Shown here in pieces: positions 16,172 through 24,886 of a stretch of DNA of 64,000 nucleotides. Positions within the stretch are counted from its first letter, which is position 1. Every line of letters starts with the position of its first letter. The stretch covers positions 13,452-77,451 of the forward strand of contig JAZSOS010000043.1 in NCBI GenBank assembly GCA_045537045.1, read 5' to 3'. Under the pieces are notes generated by a model. It saw only the letters and a program-made list of their open reading frames with translations, was not told the origin of the DNA and made no database searches. The stretch comes from Eubacteriales bacterium. Its GTDB lineage: Bacteria > Bacillota > Clostridia > Oscillospirales > JAAYXM01. The position numbers and the translations under genes are program-made.

Positions 16172-16282
16172 ATGGCAAGGCGAAAGAAAAAGAAATCCAC
16201 CATAAGCGACCGTCTCATTGATGCTCTGGTAGATTTCTTAGTCGGACTATTACTCTTAATCATCGGTAAAATGATTGAGTAA
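16172..16282 (+). CDS. 36-aa peptide: poly-Lys N-terminus plus one hydrophobic helix
   Basis: MARRKKKKSTISDRLIDALVDFLVGLLLLIIGKMIE; RBS GAGGAAGGAGGAAG; behind consensus promoter. Confidence 0.45.
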   Translation: MARRKKKKSTISDRLIDALVDFLVGLLLLIIGKMIE

Positions 16283-16287
16283 TAGGT

Positions 16288-16305
16288 GGAGGGGGAAACC
16301 CCTCC
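16288..16305 (+). terminator. GC-rich hairpin GGAGGGG-gaaa-CCCCTCC (weak U tail)
   Basis: Direct reading. Confidence 0.35.
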
Positions 16306-16347
16306 TATACCGATTATATTTCAAAACAGTGCCATTGTCAAGTGATT

Positions 16348-16431
16348 ATGACGATTTTAAAAGTTTGCGGTATTTGTTTTATCTGTATCGGCATAGCGAA
16401 GCTCATTGAACTTGCGATAAGAAAGAGGTGA
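16348..16431 (+). CDS. 27-aa hydrophobic peptide with basic C-terminus, uncertain
   Basis: MTILKVCGICFICIGIAKLIELAIRKR; weak RBS; its TGA is in frame with the next ORF. Confidence 0.25.
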   Translation: MTILKVCGICFICIGIAKLIELAIRKR

Positions 16432-16437
16432 CCGAAG

Positions 16438-16605
16438 CTGGCAAAAACATTTGACCAACGTGAGTATGATAAAACTCATACCACGCGCTATCAACTGAAG
16501 CTTAATAATGAGACAGACAAGGATATCATCGAAAAATTGAGCACAGTTAAAAGCAAACAAGGATATATTAAGGAATGTATCCGAAAAGATTTAAACCAAA
16601 AGTAA
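16438..16605 (+). CDS. Ribbon-helix-helix-like small protein (55 aa) with non-canonical CTG start or lost start codon
   Basis: AAGAGGTGA RBS 6 nt upstream of CTG 16438; (M)AKTFDQREYDKTHTTRYQLKLNNETDKDIIEKLSTVKSKQGYIKECIRKDL has beta-alpha-alpha pattern. Confidence 0.4.
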   Translation: MAKTFDQREYDKTHTTRYQLKLNNETDKDIIEKLSTVKSKQGYIKECIRKDLNQK

Positions 16606-16736
16606 AAAAGAGAACCCTTTGCCGACCAAAGCTAACAGGGTTCTCAAGACCGACAGAGAAAACTCTATCTGTAAATATTATAATACAGGTGAGTTCTTCT
16701 GTCAAACAAAAAATTATTTGATAGGAGAATTTTATT

Positions 16737-16934
16737 ATGCAATCATTTGAAGAAATTTTGCAGTCAGGACAAATCAATCATAACTACGATATGAATTTTT
16801 CGGAGGTTGAAGAGCTAATCAGGGAAACGACAAAAAATGCATTCATAGGGCTCTCCCACGCTTTCTATTTTGGCTACATCAAAGGTCAACGCGCCCTCAA
16901 AGCCGAGCTTAAGAGAAAGAAGGCGAAGCAATGA
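16737..16934 (+). CDS. Hypothetical small protein (65 aa)
   Basis: ATG with TAGGAG RBS; overlaps next gene start (ATGA). Confidence 0.45.
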   Translation: MQSFEEILQSGQINHNYDMNFSEVEELIRETTKNAFIGLSHAFYFGYIKGQRALKAELKRKKAKQ

Positions 16935-17587
16935 GCAAAACGTTCAAAAAAGACCTTACAGGGCAGAGGTTCGGTAGGTTGACTGTGTTGGAGTTTGTTC
17001 CGAGAAAAGGACGGCATTCTTATTGGTTATGCAGATGCGATTGTGGAAATGAAAAGGTGATTTGTGGAGAAAGTCTTTTGAAAGGGACCACTACCTCTTG
17101 TTCGTGTAAGCAACGAGAAATAGTGAGGACGAGAAGTGTAACCCATGGCTTGACAGATACAAGATTGTACAATTCTTGGTGCAGTATGAAAGCACGTTGC
17201 TACAATCACAAAAATAAAGAGTATAATCGATATGGTGGACGAGGGATAACCATCTGTGCTGAATGGAAAAATAATTTTAAGACTTTCTACGACTGGGCAA
17301 TGGCAAATGGCTACAGTGATGACTTATCAATAGACCGAATAGATGTTAATGGGAATTATGAGCCAGCAAATTGTTGTTGGGCGACAGATATGGAACAAGC
17401 TGGCAACAGAAGAAGTAATGTATATGTTGAATATCAAGGCGAATTGATGTGTTTTGCTGAAGCAGCAAGGAGGAGTGGCTTAAACCAAGGAACTTTAAAA
17501 GATCGTTATTATCGAAATGACCGAGGAGAGAGACTATTCCGCCCGGTCGATAAAAAATATCACCATAAGAACAGGAGACAAGACTGA
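16931..17587 (+). CDS. Homing-endonuclease-related DNA-binding protein (degenerate HNH-like motif IDRIDVNGNYEPANCCW...EQAGN)
   Basis: 218 aa; GQRFGRLTVL...CRCDCG Zn-finger-like N-terminus typical of free-standing phage HNH/AP2-type genes. Confidence 0.55.
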   Translation: MSKTFKKDLTGQRFGRLTVLEFVPRKGRHSYWLCRCDCGNEKVICGESLLKGTTTSCSCKQREIVRTRSVTHGLTDTRLYNSWCSMKARCYNHKNKEYNRYGGRGITICAEWKNNFKTFYDWAMANGYSDDLSIDRIDVNGNYEPANCCWATDMEQAGNRRSNVYVEYQGELMCFAEAARRSGLNQGTLKDRYYRNDRGERLFRPVDKKYHHKNRRQD

Positions 17588-17641
17588 TTTGAATAAAAGA
17601 ACGAGATTATAGTAAAGAGAATAATCGAAACTAAATAATTT

Positions 17642-17677
17642 AAGCACTTGTGATTTTTATCATAGGTGCTTTTATTA
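17642..17677 (+). terminator. Hairpin terminator closing the island
   Basis: 13-bp stem 17642-17654 / 17659-17671 (two G-U pairs), T-rich tail. Confidence 0.55.
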
Positions 17678-17708
17678 TATACAAAAATGATGAAAGGAGA
17701 GTGAAGAT

Positions 17709-19592
17709 ATGGCAATAGGTGGAAGTGATGGAAGTATTTTGTTGACCGTTCAGATAGACGAGAAGGGTTTAGACAACGGTTTACAAAGTATTCGAAATGG
17801 AATTTCAAAAGCAGAGAAAGCGTTGAAGGGCATTGCCGTTTCCGGAGCTGCAGCGTTTGCAGCTATTGGAGCGGGAGCGATAAAAAGCTTTGCAGATTTT
17901 GAACAGCTTTCCGGAGGCGTGCAAAAGATATTCGACGAAATTGATTACAAAACCATCGAAAAGGATGCTTCAAAAGCTTTTAAAACGATGCAAATGAGCG
18001 CAAATGAGTATATGGAGGTTATGACTTCGGTCGGTGCAAACTTCGCAAGTACTCTTGGCGATGAAAAAGGATATGAGGTTGCGAAGCAGGGAATGAAAGC
18101 GATTACAGATTTTGCAACCGGCACCGGAAGAAGCGTTGATGAGCTTTCGGAAAAATATCAGATGATAACCAAGAGTACATCAAGCTATCAGAGTATTGCC
18201 GACCAGTTCGCAGGGATATTACCCGCTACGAGTGCAGGGTTCCTTGAGCAGGCGCAAAACGCAGGTTTTTTGAGTGACAGTTATACAAAGCTCACAGAGG
18301 TTCCTATGGCTGAGTATCAGGAAGCAGTCACGCAGATGCTCACAAAGGGTGTTGATGCATTAGGTCTTACAAATAATGCGGCAAATGAAGCAAGTACAAC
18401 CTTAAGTGGTTCGTTTTCTATGCTGAGTGGCTCATGGAGCAACTTGCTTGTTGCATTTGCGAATCCCGATGCGGATTTGGATGTGGCTATAAACGACTTT
18501 AAAGAAAGTTTGACGGCGGTTGTCGACAATTTGTTGCCAAGAGTAGGAGAGGTATTTGGGAATATCTTCAATTCTATTCCTACACCGATTTTAGCAGTTG
18601 TTGCGGCAATAGGCTCATTGGTTGCAGGTATTACTGCTTATAATGCTGTTGTAGCCGTAAAAAATGTACTTGATGCAGTTCAGGCGGCAGGCGGGTGGGC
18701 GGCTGCTGCAGCTCAGATAGGGTTAAATGCTGCAATGCTCGCATCTCCAATCACGTGGATTGTTGCGGGGATAGCGGCACTGGTTGCAGCATTTGTACTT
18801 CTTTGGAATAAATGTGAAGGATTTCGCAACTTCTGGTCCGGATTATTTGATTTGTTAAAAGAGACAGCTGCAGCCATATGGAAAGAGCATTTACAACCGG
18901 CAATTCAGGCAATCATGGAGTCGTTAAGTGAATTGTGGGAAAAGCTTCTTAAGCCAATTGCTGATTGGATTGGTGCGATTTTTGCTGAAAAGTTCAAAAG
19001 CGCTTTTGAAGCAGTCAAAAGCATTATACAAACAGCAAAAGAGATAATCGGAACAGTGATAGACAGTATTAAAAACATTCTCACAGGTATTATTGATTTT
19101 ATTATCGGGGTATTTACCGGGGACTGGAAAAAGGCTTGGAACGGGGTTAAAAAAGTCTTTACAGGAATAATAAACGGAATAATCGGTGTTTTTGAGAGTA
19201 TGGTAAATTTTATCATACGTGGAATAAATCGGTTAATCAGTGGACTTGACGGACTTGTAAATAAGGCGGGAAGTGTAATTGGACTTGACATACACATTCC
19301 AACGATACCCGAAATCAAAATTCCTCGTCTCGCGCGGGGAGCGGTCATCCCTCCGAATCGTGAGTTCCTTGCCGTGCTCGGTGACCAAAAACACGGAACG
19401 AACATCGAAGCGCCTGCAGAACTTATCAAACAGATGGTACTTGAAGCGCTTGAGCTTCGTGGTTCCGTACCTCAAAACTCCGGCAGTACAACGGTTGTGC
19501 TTGAGGTTGACGGGCGTGAGTTCGGACGTGCAGTTGTTGAGCAAGGAAACAAAGAAAATCGCAGAATCGGGACAAGGCTGGTGATTGTATAA
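17709..19592 (+). CDS. Tape measure protein
   Basis: 627 aa, Ala/Gly-rich hydrophobic centre, repetitive helical C-terminal half; position. Confidence 0.85.
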   Translation: MAIGGSDGSILLTVQIDEKGLDNGLQSIRNGISKAEKALKGIAVSGAAAFAAIGAGAIKSFADFEQLSGGVQKIFDEIDYKTIEKDASKAFKTMQMSANEYMEVMTSVGANFASTLGDEKGYEVAKQGMKAITDFATGTGRSVDELSEKYQMITKSTSSYQSIADQFAGILPATSAGFLEQAQNAGFLSDSYTKLTEVPMAEYQEAVTQMLTKGVDALGLTNNAANEASTTLSGSFSMLSGSWSNLLVAFANPDADLDVAINDFKESLTAVVDNLLPRVGEVFGNIFNSIPTPILAVVAAIGSLVAGITAYNAVVAVKNVLDAVQAAGGWAAAAAQIGLNAAMLASPITWIVAGIAALVAAFVLLWNKCEGFRNFWSGLFDLLKETAAAIWKEHLQPAIQAIMESLSELWEKLLKPIADWIGAIFAEKFKSAFEAVKSIIQTAKEIIGTVIDSIKNILTGIIDFIIGVFTGDWKKAWNGVKKVFTGIINGIIGVFESMVNFIIRGINRLISGLDGLVNKAGSVIGLDIHIPTIPEIKIPRLARGAVIPPNREFLAVLGDQKHGTNIEAPAELIKQMVLEALELRGSVPQNSGSTTVVLEVDGREFGRAVVEQGNKENRRIGTRLVIV

Positions 19593-19990
19593 TGGACTTA
19601 GTAAAAATAGGCGGGAAAGTCTACGACGTGCTTGTGACAGGACTATCCGAAAATTTCAACATACTCTATTCCGAGAACACGGGGCGAACGATGTCAGCCG
19701 GAGCGAGAATGAGCTTAGATCCGGTTGGGACTCTGTACGGCCACAAAGTTACATTCCGGCGCAGGCGCGGATATGAAGACGAATACGACGCGTTGTTTAT
19801 GTATGTCAGTAAACCGCGTTATGACGGGATTCCGGTCGAGATTGCGCACAATCAGGAAACGATATCCTATGATGCGTACATATCGCAAGGAGAGCGCGCC
19901 TTGAAGCGTAAGGATCCAAATACCGGGAAAGTGCATTGGGATGAGTTCACTCTCAATATCGTGCCCATGGAAGCGCAGGTGCTGCCATGA
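19592..19990 (+). CDS. Distal tail protein (small form, by position)
   Basis: 132 aa, TAATG overlap with TMP. Confidence 0.55.
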   Translation: MDLVKIGGKVYDVLVTGLSENFNILYSENTGRTMSAGARMSLDPVGTLYGHKVTFRRRRGYEDEYDALFMYVSKPRYDGIPVEIAHNQETISYDAYISQGERALKRKDPNTGKVHWDEFTLNIVPMEAQVLP

Positions 19991-22095
19991 TAAACCCAAA
20001 CGGAGTAGCAATTCGCTACAGCGACGTTGCTCCGGAGGCGAAGGAAAACTTCACTCCGGCAACGTCGGATAAGGAAAGCTTCGTAAACCTTTCGGAGCTT
20101 CAGCTCTACGAAGCGGAGTTTCGGAACTACGGCAACCCTTGCGAGGTGTATTCCGTCCCGCTTGACGGCAATTCAGAAGTTTTTCCGACAGATGCCGAAA
20201 ACGCACTGCTCGGTCTTTGGAGTAATAGCATAAGCGGAAGTGACGGACGGTTTGAAACGCCGGTTGTTCTCTCTCTGACTGCTTCCGGACAGTATTCCTC
20301 GCAGGGGATAACGCTCACATTTGATACCTACAACAATATTTTCGCAACGGATATCAATATAAAATGGTATCGAAGTGGAGAACTGTTGTCCGATATGGAT
20401 TTTTCGCCGAGTAGCGCGTCATATTTCTGCCGCAATCAGGTGGATAACTATGACGAGGTACAGATTACCTTCCGCGCGATAAATATGCCCGGAAACCGCC
20501 TCAAACTCCGTGTGATAGATTACGGATACGATACCGTGTTTTATGGCTCGGAGTTGCGGGGGGTGAAGCTGATTCGGGAGCTGGATCCGATATCAAGCAA
20601 GATAGCCATAAACACATGTGACTTCACGCTCGACAGTAAAACCGATATGGAATATTCATTTCAGGCAAAGCAGCCTTTGTCCGTATACTTCAACGGTAAG
20701 CTGCTTGCAACAACGTTTGTTAAGACCTCGAAGCGTAGGGCTCGGCGGCTTTGGGATACACAGAGCGAGGACTACATAGGCATAATGGATAGCATCCCTT
20801 TCTATGGGGGTATGTATAACGGCAAAGATGCTTATGAGCTACTCGAAGAAATATTCACCGTTGCGAAAGTGCCTTATTCAATCGACGAGAGCTTGAGAGG
20901 TGTTTTAGTGTATGGGTATATTCCTTTCACAACCTGTAGAGAGGCCACGATGCAAGTTTGCTTTGCGGTACAGAATGTAGTTGATACGAGTAACAGCGAT
21001 GCTGTAAAGGTGTTAGGTTCTCCGAGAAATGTTTTGTCAAAATCAAGATTGGGAGAACGAATCCAATCTATTGACAATAGCGTTTCAAAAGTTGGGTATA
21101 TTTGTCCCGAAGGTCAAACTATAATATTTGGACACACGACTGAATTGGACTTAAAAGCATCGCAGGAATACACATTGTCTTTTTATGCTTGGTGTAATAA
21201 GAACTATTCCGTTTGTTGGGATTTGTGGGTCGCTCCAAATGTAGGAGACGAAAACTTTTTGCCACAAGAATGGTTTGATGTAACACCCACGCCTGCCTTA
21301 TATCAATGGACTTTTAAAGTAGATGAAGATTTTATGCCAAAAGCGTCTATGCGTTTTTTGAATGTAATCCAAAACGGAGAAATAAACAATGTCTTATCTC
21401 CGATATATATAACCGACATTCAAATCGAAGAAGGTAGTACAAGAACGCCATGGTCGCCTTCTAAATATGCAGAACAGACCATACCTCTCAACAGAATAAT
21501 GCAGGGGCAAAGTTTTACCGACGAAGAAACCGTAACGGGGGTTGAAGTTACGGCTCACACATACAAGCCGATAACAGAAACGGTGGATGTGTACAGTGCG
21601 ACCGAAAGCGGGACGGGAGAGGGAATATTTGTTAAGTTCTCTGAACCTCTGCATGATTTATCAATTACCAACGGGGCCATTATTACCTCGGGCGCAAACT
21701 ATGCTGTTATAACTGCAAACAGCGGGTGCGTGTTGAAAGGACAGAAATATGAGCACACGACGATTTCAAAACGCAAGGAAAATCCGTTGGTTCTCGCCGG
21801 CACACTTGAAAAAGTGGTCGCGATTGAAAATGCAACGCTTGTTTCTGCAACTAACGTGGATGAGGTGCTGAATAAGTGCTATACGTGGCTCGTGAAGACG
21901 AACACGACAAACCTTAAAATCGTAGAAGGAAAGCATGTGTCTGAGGACGGTACAGTTACCTATGACGAGCCGGTAAATGTCGGGGACGTAATTGAGAGTG
22001 AAACGGAATATCTCGGAACCGTATCCGGACGGATTATAAAAGAGACATTCGGATTGAACGGTGGAATAGTGATTAAGGAGGCGGTGTTAAAGTGA
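19987..22095 (+). CDS. Tail-tip / minor structural protein with inserted jelly-roll-like domain
   Basis: 702 aa after TMP/Dit; central AT-rich segment ending IQIEEGSTRTPWSPS. Confidence 0.7.
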   Translation: MINPNGVAIRYSDVAPEAKENFTPATSDKESFVNLSELQLYEAEFRNYGNPCEVYSVPLDGNSEVFPTDAENALLGLWSNSISGSDGRFETPVVLSLTASGQYSSQGITLTFDTYNNIFATDINIKWYRSGELLSDMDFSPSSASYFCRNQVDNYDEVQITFRAINMPGNRLKLRVIDYGYDTVFYGSELRGVKLIRELDPISSKIAINTCDFTLDSKTDMEYSFQAKQPLSVYFNGKLLATTFVKTSKRRARRLWDTQSEDYIGIMDSIPFYGGMYNGKDAYELLEEIFTVAKVPYSIDESLRGVLVYGYIPFTTCREATMQVCFAVQNVVDTSNSDAVKVLGSPRNVLSKSRLGERIQSIDNSVSKVGYICPEGQTIIFGHTTELDLKASQEYTLSFYAWCNKNYSVCWDLWVAPNVGDENFLPQEWFDVTPTPALYQWTFKVDEDFMPKASMRFLNVIQNGEINNVLSPIYITDIQIEEGSTRTPWSPSKYAEQTIPLNRIMQGQSFTDEETVTGVEVTAHTYKPITETVDVYSATESGTGEGIFVKFSEPLHDLSITNGAIITSGANYAVITANSGCVLKGQKYEHTTISKRKENPLVLAGTLEKVVAIENATLVSATNVDEVLNKCYTWLVKTNTTNLKIVEGKHVSEDGTVTYDEPVNVGDVIESETEYLGTVSGRIIKETFGLNGGIVIKEAVLK

Positions 22096-22550
22096 TTTTT
22101 GACAGAACGCAGGCGGACGTGACAGCGGCGTTGCGTATCCGCGAAAATAAAATCAAGCGGTTCACTCCGCCTACGGAGAACGAAGCACACAGCCTAGAGC
22201 GCGGCTTCGTTGATTACTCGACGCTTAACCGCATCGAAAATAAGCAGGCAGAACTTCGTGAGCTTTTAATTTCCTCTGGAAGTTCTTTCTTTGATATTAA
22301 GACAAAGACATGGACGGCAGATGATATCTTCAACGAAACGGAGTTTCAGCGCATGGTGAATAATCTTGACGTTCTGAAGAGCGCGATAAGCGTTCTTCCG
22401 GACACACCCGAAACTCCGCAACCGATATTTTATTTTATCAATATAAATGATATTGAGAAGATACTTTTCGATATGGATGTATTACTTCAAAATATGACTT
22501 CCGCGTACTTTTACAGCAATGAACTGTACAGCGGAGAACTGGAGGAATGA
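22092..22550 (+). CDS. Tail-associated hypothetical protein
   Basis: 152 aa, overlapping starts/stops. Confidence 0.55.
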   Translation: MIFDRTQADVTAALRIRENKIKRFTPPTENEAHSLERGFVDYSTLNRIENKQAELRELLISSGSSFFDIKTKTWTADDIFNETEFQRMVNNLDVLKSAISVLPDTPETPQPIFYFININDIEKILFDMDVLLQNMTSAYFYSNELYSGELEE

Positions 22551-23233
22551 CTATGAAAAACAGACTACCAACAAGACCGGGCAGAGCACTCGTAACGCCC
22601 GAAGACGGTTCGCCGCCGTTTTATGCAACAATAACCCGAGCAGATGAGCCGACAGAGGAAGGAACTCCACTGAATAAAGCGACTTTGCTCACAGACGAAA
22701 CCGCGGCATTGTATGGTTTGGGCGAGGATGCGACGGTGAATGATGCGTTGATGGCTGCACATGCACGCATTGCGCTCAGTGAGTGGAGAATTGTTGGGAA
22801 TAAGACCTTTACGGCTGAGGGACAGGTAAGCAAAGTGGAAATTGACTTAGATGATGACATTAGCCGATATCGCGAACTTGTTATTGCATTCCGATGGGGG
22901 GAAAGTGGAGTATCAGGAGGTTTGAGCGATTATAGCATACTCCAACCATACGTTCGGGCAGTAAATGGCAGCACGCAAATATTAACGCAATTTGGACAAT
23001 CAACAAAGTATAAAAACGGTTTTTTCACCACAGCCATAATGCCGATTTTGAAAAAAGGAAACAATACAATTATAGGGACAGAACACGGTACCTATCGCTC
23101 GAACTCGTATGTCTACGCCACTACAAAACCACCCTCACTCTATTTATCTGGAGAAATCCGCGTGGCTGGAGTTTCATTTGACGGCTCGGGCAGCTTTACA
23201 AACGCAGAAATAATAGTTTGGGCGAGAGGTTAA
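22547..23233 (+). CDS. Putative tail fibre / receptor-binding protein
   Basis: 228 aa; N-terminal RADEPTEEGTPLNKATLL motif common in prophage fibre proteins; AT-rich C-terminal half. Confidence 0.55.
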   Translation: MTMKNRLPTRPGRALVTPEDGSPPFYATITRADEPTEEGTPLNKATLLTDETAALYGLGEDATVNDALMAAHARIALSEWRIVGNKTFTAEGQVSKVEIDLDDDISRYRELVIAFRWGESGVSGGLSDYSILQPYVRAVNGSTQILTQFGQSTKYKNGFFTTAIMPILKKGNNTIIGTEHGTYRSNSYVYATTKPPSLYLSGEIRVAGVSFDGSGSFTNAEIIVWARG

Positions 23234-23258
23234 AAATCAAAACAAAGGAGAAATACAT

Positions 23259-23555
23259 ATGACAAATGAATTTATAACAGAGGCTTTTTCAGGTCTTATT
23301 ACAGCAGATTTATACATTATAATAGCCGCGGTATACGCCGTGTGCTTTGCACTTAAAAAGGCAAAGTTTTTTGACGACAGATTTATTCCGCTTGCCGCGC
23401 TTGCACTCGGCGTTGCGTTTGAACTGCTTTACTATGTAAGCGCAGGTGGGGCAGTCGTTGAGTTTGTTCTTAAAGGCATCGTCGCAGGAATGGCGGCGGT
23501 ATATGTTGCGAATATCATTAAACAGATAGGAGACGGTCAGAATGAAAGCAATTAA
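23259..23555 (+). CDS. Holin
   Basis: 98 aa, hydrophobic helices, charged C-terminus, immediately upstream of lysins. Confidence 0.65.
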   Translation: MTNEFITEAFSGLITADLYIIIAAVYAVCFALKKAKFFDDRFIPLAALALGVAFELLYYVSAGGAVVEFVLKGIVAGMAAVYVANIIKQIGDGQNESN

Positions 23556-24336
23556 TTACAAGGGTGGTAAACTCTACACCGTGCCACAGTCTGATATTGA
23601 GTATATCGGATATTTCAAAGGCAATAACGGCAATGAAACAGTACAGAGCGCCCGCACAAGGATAACAAAGCTCCGTGGCAGAGCACCGGACTTTCTTATG
23701 AATGCCGAGCTGTTTGATTTCAAAACGCGTCAGGCGGCAAGCGATGTTGTCAGCGGGGGTGTGAAGCATCGGCTGACAGAAGGGTATGGACTTGCTTTCC
23801 CTGATAACAAGTCGGCGGTGTTCAGCTACAAAAACAATGTGGGCGCGGCTGATTACATAGGCGCATATCCCGTGCTGGTCCGTAACGGCAAGGAAGAAAA
23901 CAACGTTCCGGCCGGAATTGGCGGCAGACGTGGCAGAACCGCGCTCGGCGTTGGAAACGGCAATTTGTTCGTTGCGCTTCTTCCCGATAACGGCGGTGCA
24001 ACACTTCCGGAGCTTCGCCGGACGTTTATCAATGCCGGCGCAGAGAATGCAATAAACCTTGACGGTGGCGGAAGCACACAGTTTTACGCGCCGCTCGGCA
24101 ACCATTTCTCCGGCAGACGCGTCCGCGGTTTTATCGGAGTATGGATTCGTGGCGGAGATATCCGTTATGTAAAGGTCAGAACGTCGCTCAACGTGCGCTC
24201 GGGCGCGGGTGTTTGGAATAAGCGCATCGGAAAGCTGTATAACGGCGATTCCGTAACCGTGCTTGAGGAAAAGAACGGCTGGGCAAGAATTGCAACAGGC
24301 TGGGTATCATCCAAATATCTTGTGAAGAAGGTATAA
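23542..24336 (+). CDS. Phosphodiester glycosidase (NAGPA-like) domain protein with C-terminal SH3b domain
   Basis: RTALGVGNGNLFVAL...AINLDGGGSTQF recalls the NAGPA/DUF2233 family; C-terminal YVKVRTSLNVRSGAG...GWVSSKYL is SH3b-like. Confidence 0.7.
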   Translation: MKAINYKGGKLYTVPQSDIEYIGYFKGNNGNETVQSARTRITKLRGRAPDFLMNAELFDFKTRQAASDVVSGGVKHRLTEGYGLAFPDNKSAVFSYKNNVGAADYIGAYPVLVRNGKEENNVPAGIGGRRGRTALGVGNGNLFVALLPDNGGATLPELRRTFINAGAENAINLDGGGSTQFYAPLGNHFSGRRVRGFIGVWIRGGDIRYVKVRTSLNVRSGAGVWNKRIGKLYNGDSVTVLEEKNGWARIATGWVSSKYLVKKV

Positions 24337-24337
24337 T

Positions 24338-24886
24338 ATGAATATAATACAGGATTTAATACCTAAAGGGCGTATAAATCGTCCGGGAACGGCAAATTCG
24401 TGTAAGTACATAACAATTCACGACACTGGGAATAAATCGGTGGGTGCGGACGCTGCAGCTCATGCGAAGTATCTTAAAGGATTGAAAAAGAAAACGAGCT
24501 GGCATTATACCGTGGACGACAAGTGCATTTATCAGCATCTGCCCGAGCGGGAGAAGAGCTATCACACGTCGGACAAGGAAGCGAATGAAAACTCAATCGC
24601 AATTGAGTTGTGCGTGAACAGTGACGGGAATTTCGTAAAAACGGTGGAGAACGTGGTGGATCTAATTCGTGAGCTCACGAAAAAGATGAACATTCCGCTT
24701 GAGAATATCAGGCGGCATAAGGACTGGACCGGAAAGAACTGCCCGGCATCGTTTACGGAAGATGCATGGAAAGCGTTTCTTGCGAAGTGCGCGGCAGAGG
24801 ATACCGTTCCGGAAGAAAGGTTTATAACACTGGACGAGCTTCGTGCAATGGGATATGCCGGAATAAAATTCGGGGAGGGAGTCTGA
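24338..24886 (+). CDS. N-acetylmuramoyl-L-alanine amidase (Amidase_2/PGRP-type endolysin)
   Basis: ITIHDTGN...WHYTVDD...NSIAIELC...RRHKDWTGKNCP motifs. Confidence 0.9.
   Translation: MNIIQDLIPKGRINRPGTANSCKYITIHDTGNKSVGADAAAHAKYLKGLKKKTSWHYTVDDKCIYQHLPEREKSYHTSDKEANENSIAIELCVNSDGNFVKTVENVVDLIRELTKKMNIPLENIRRHKDWTGKNCPASFTEDAWKAFLAKCAAEDTVPEERFITLDELRAMGYAGIKFGEGV

Larger units (their letters stand above)
14953..17708 (+). other. AT-rich accessory (moron) island inserted between tail chaperone genes and tape measure gene
   Basis: Own promoters (14987, 16113) and terminators (16043, 16288, 16610, 17642); non-structural gene content; lower GC than flanks by eye. Confidence 0.6.

Noticed and set aside
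19987-23233. Diversity-generating retroelement targeting the tail fibre genes
   Set aside because: There is no reverse transcriptase gene, and I could see no template/variable repeat pair. The variability signal is compositional (domain swap) instead.
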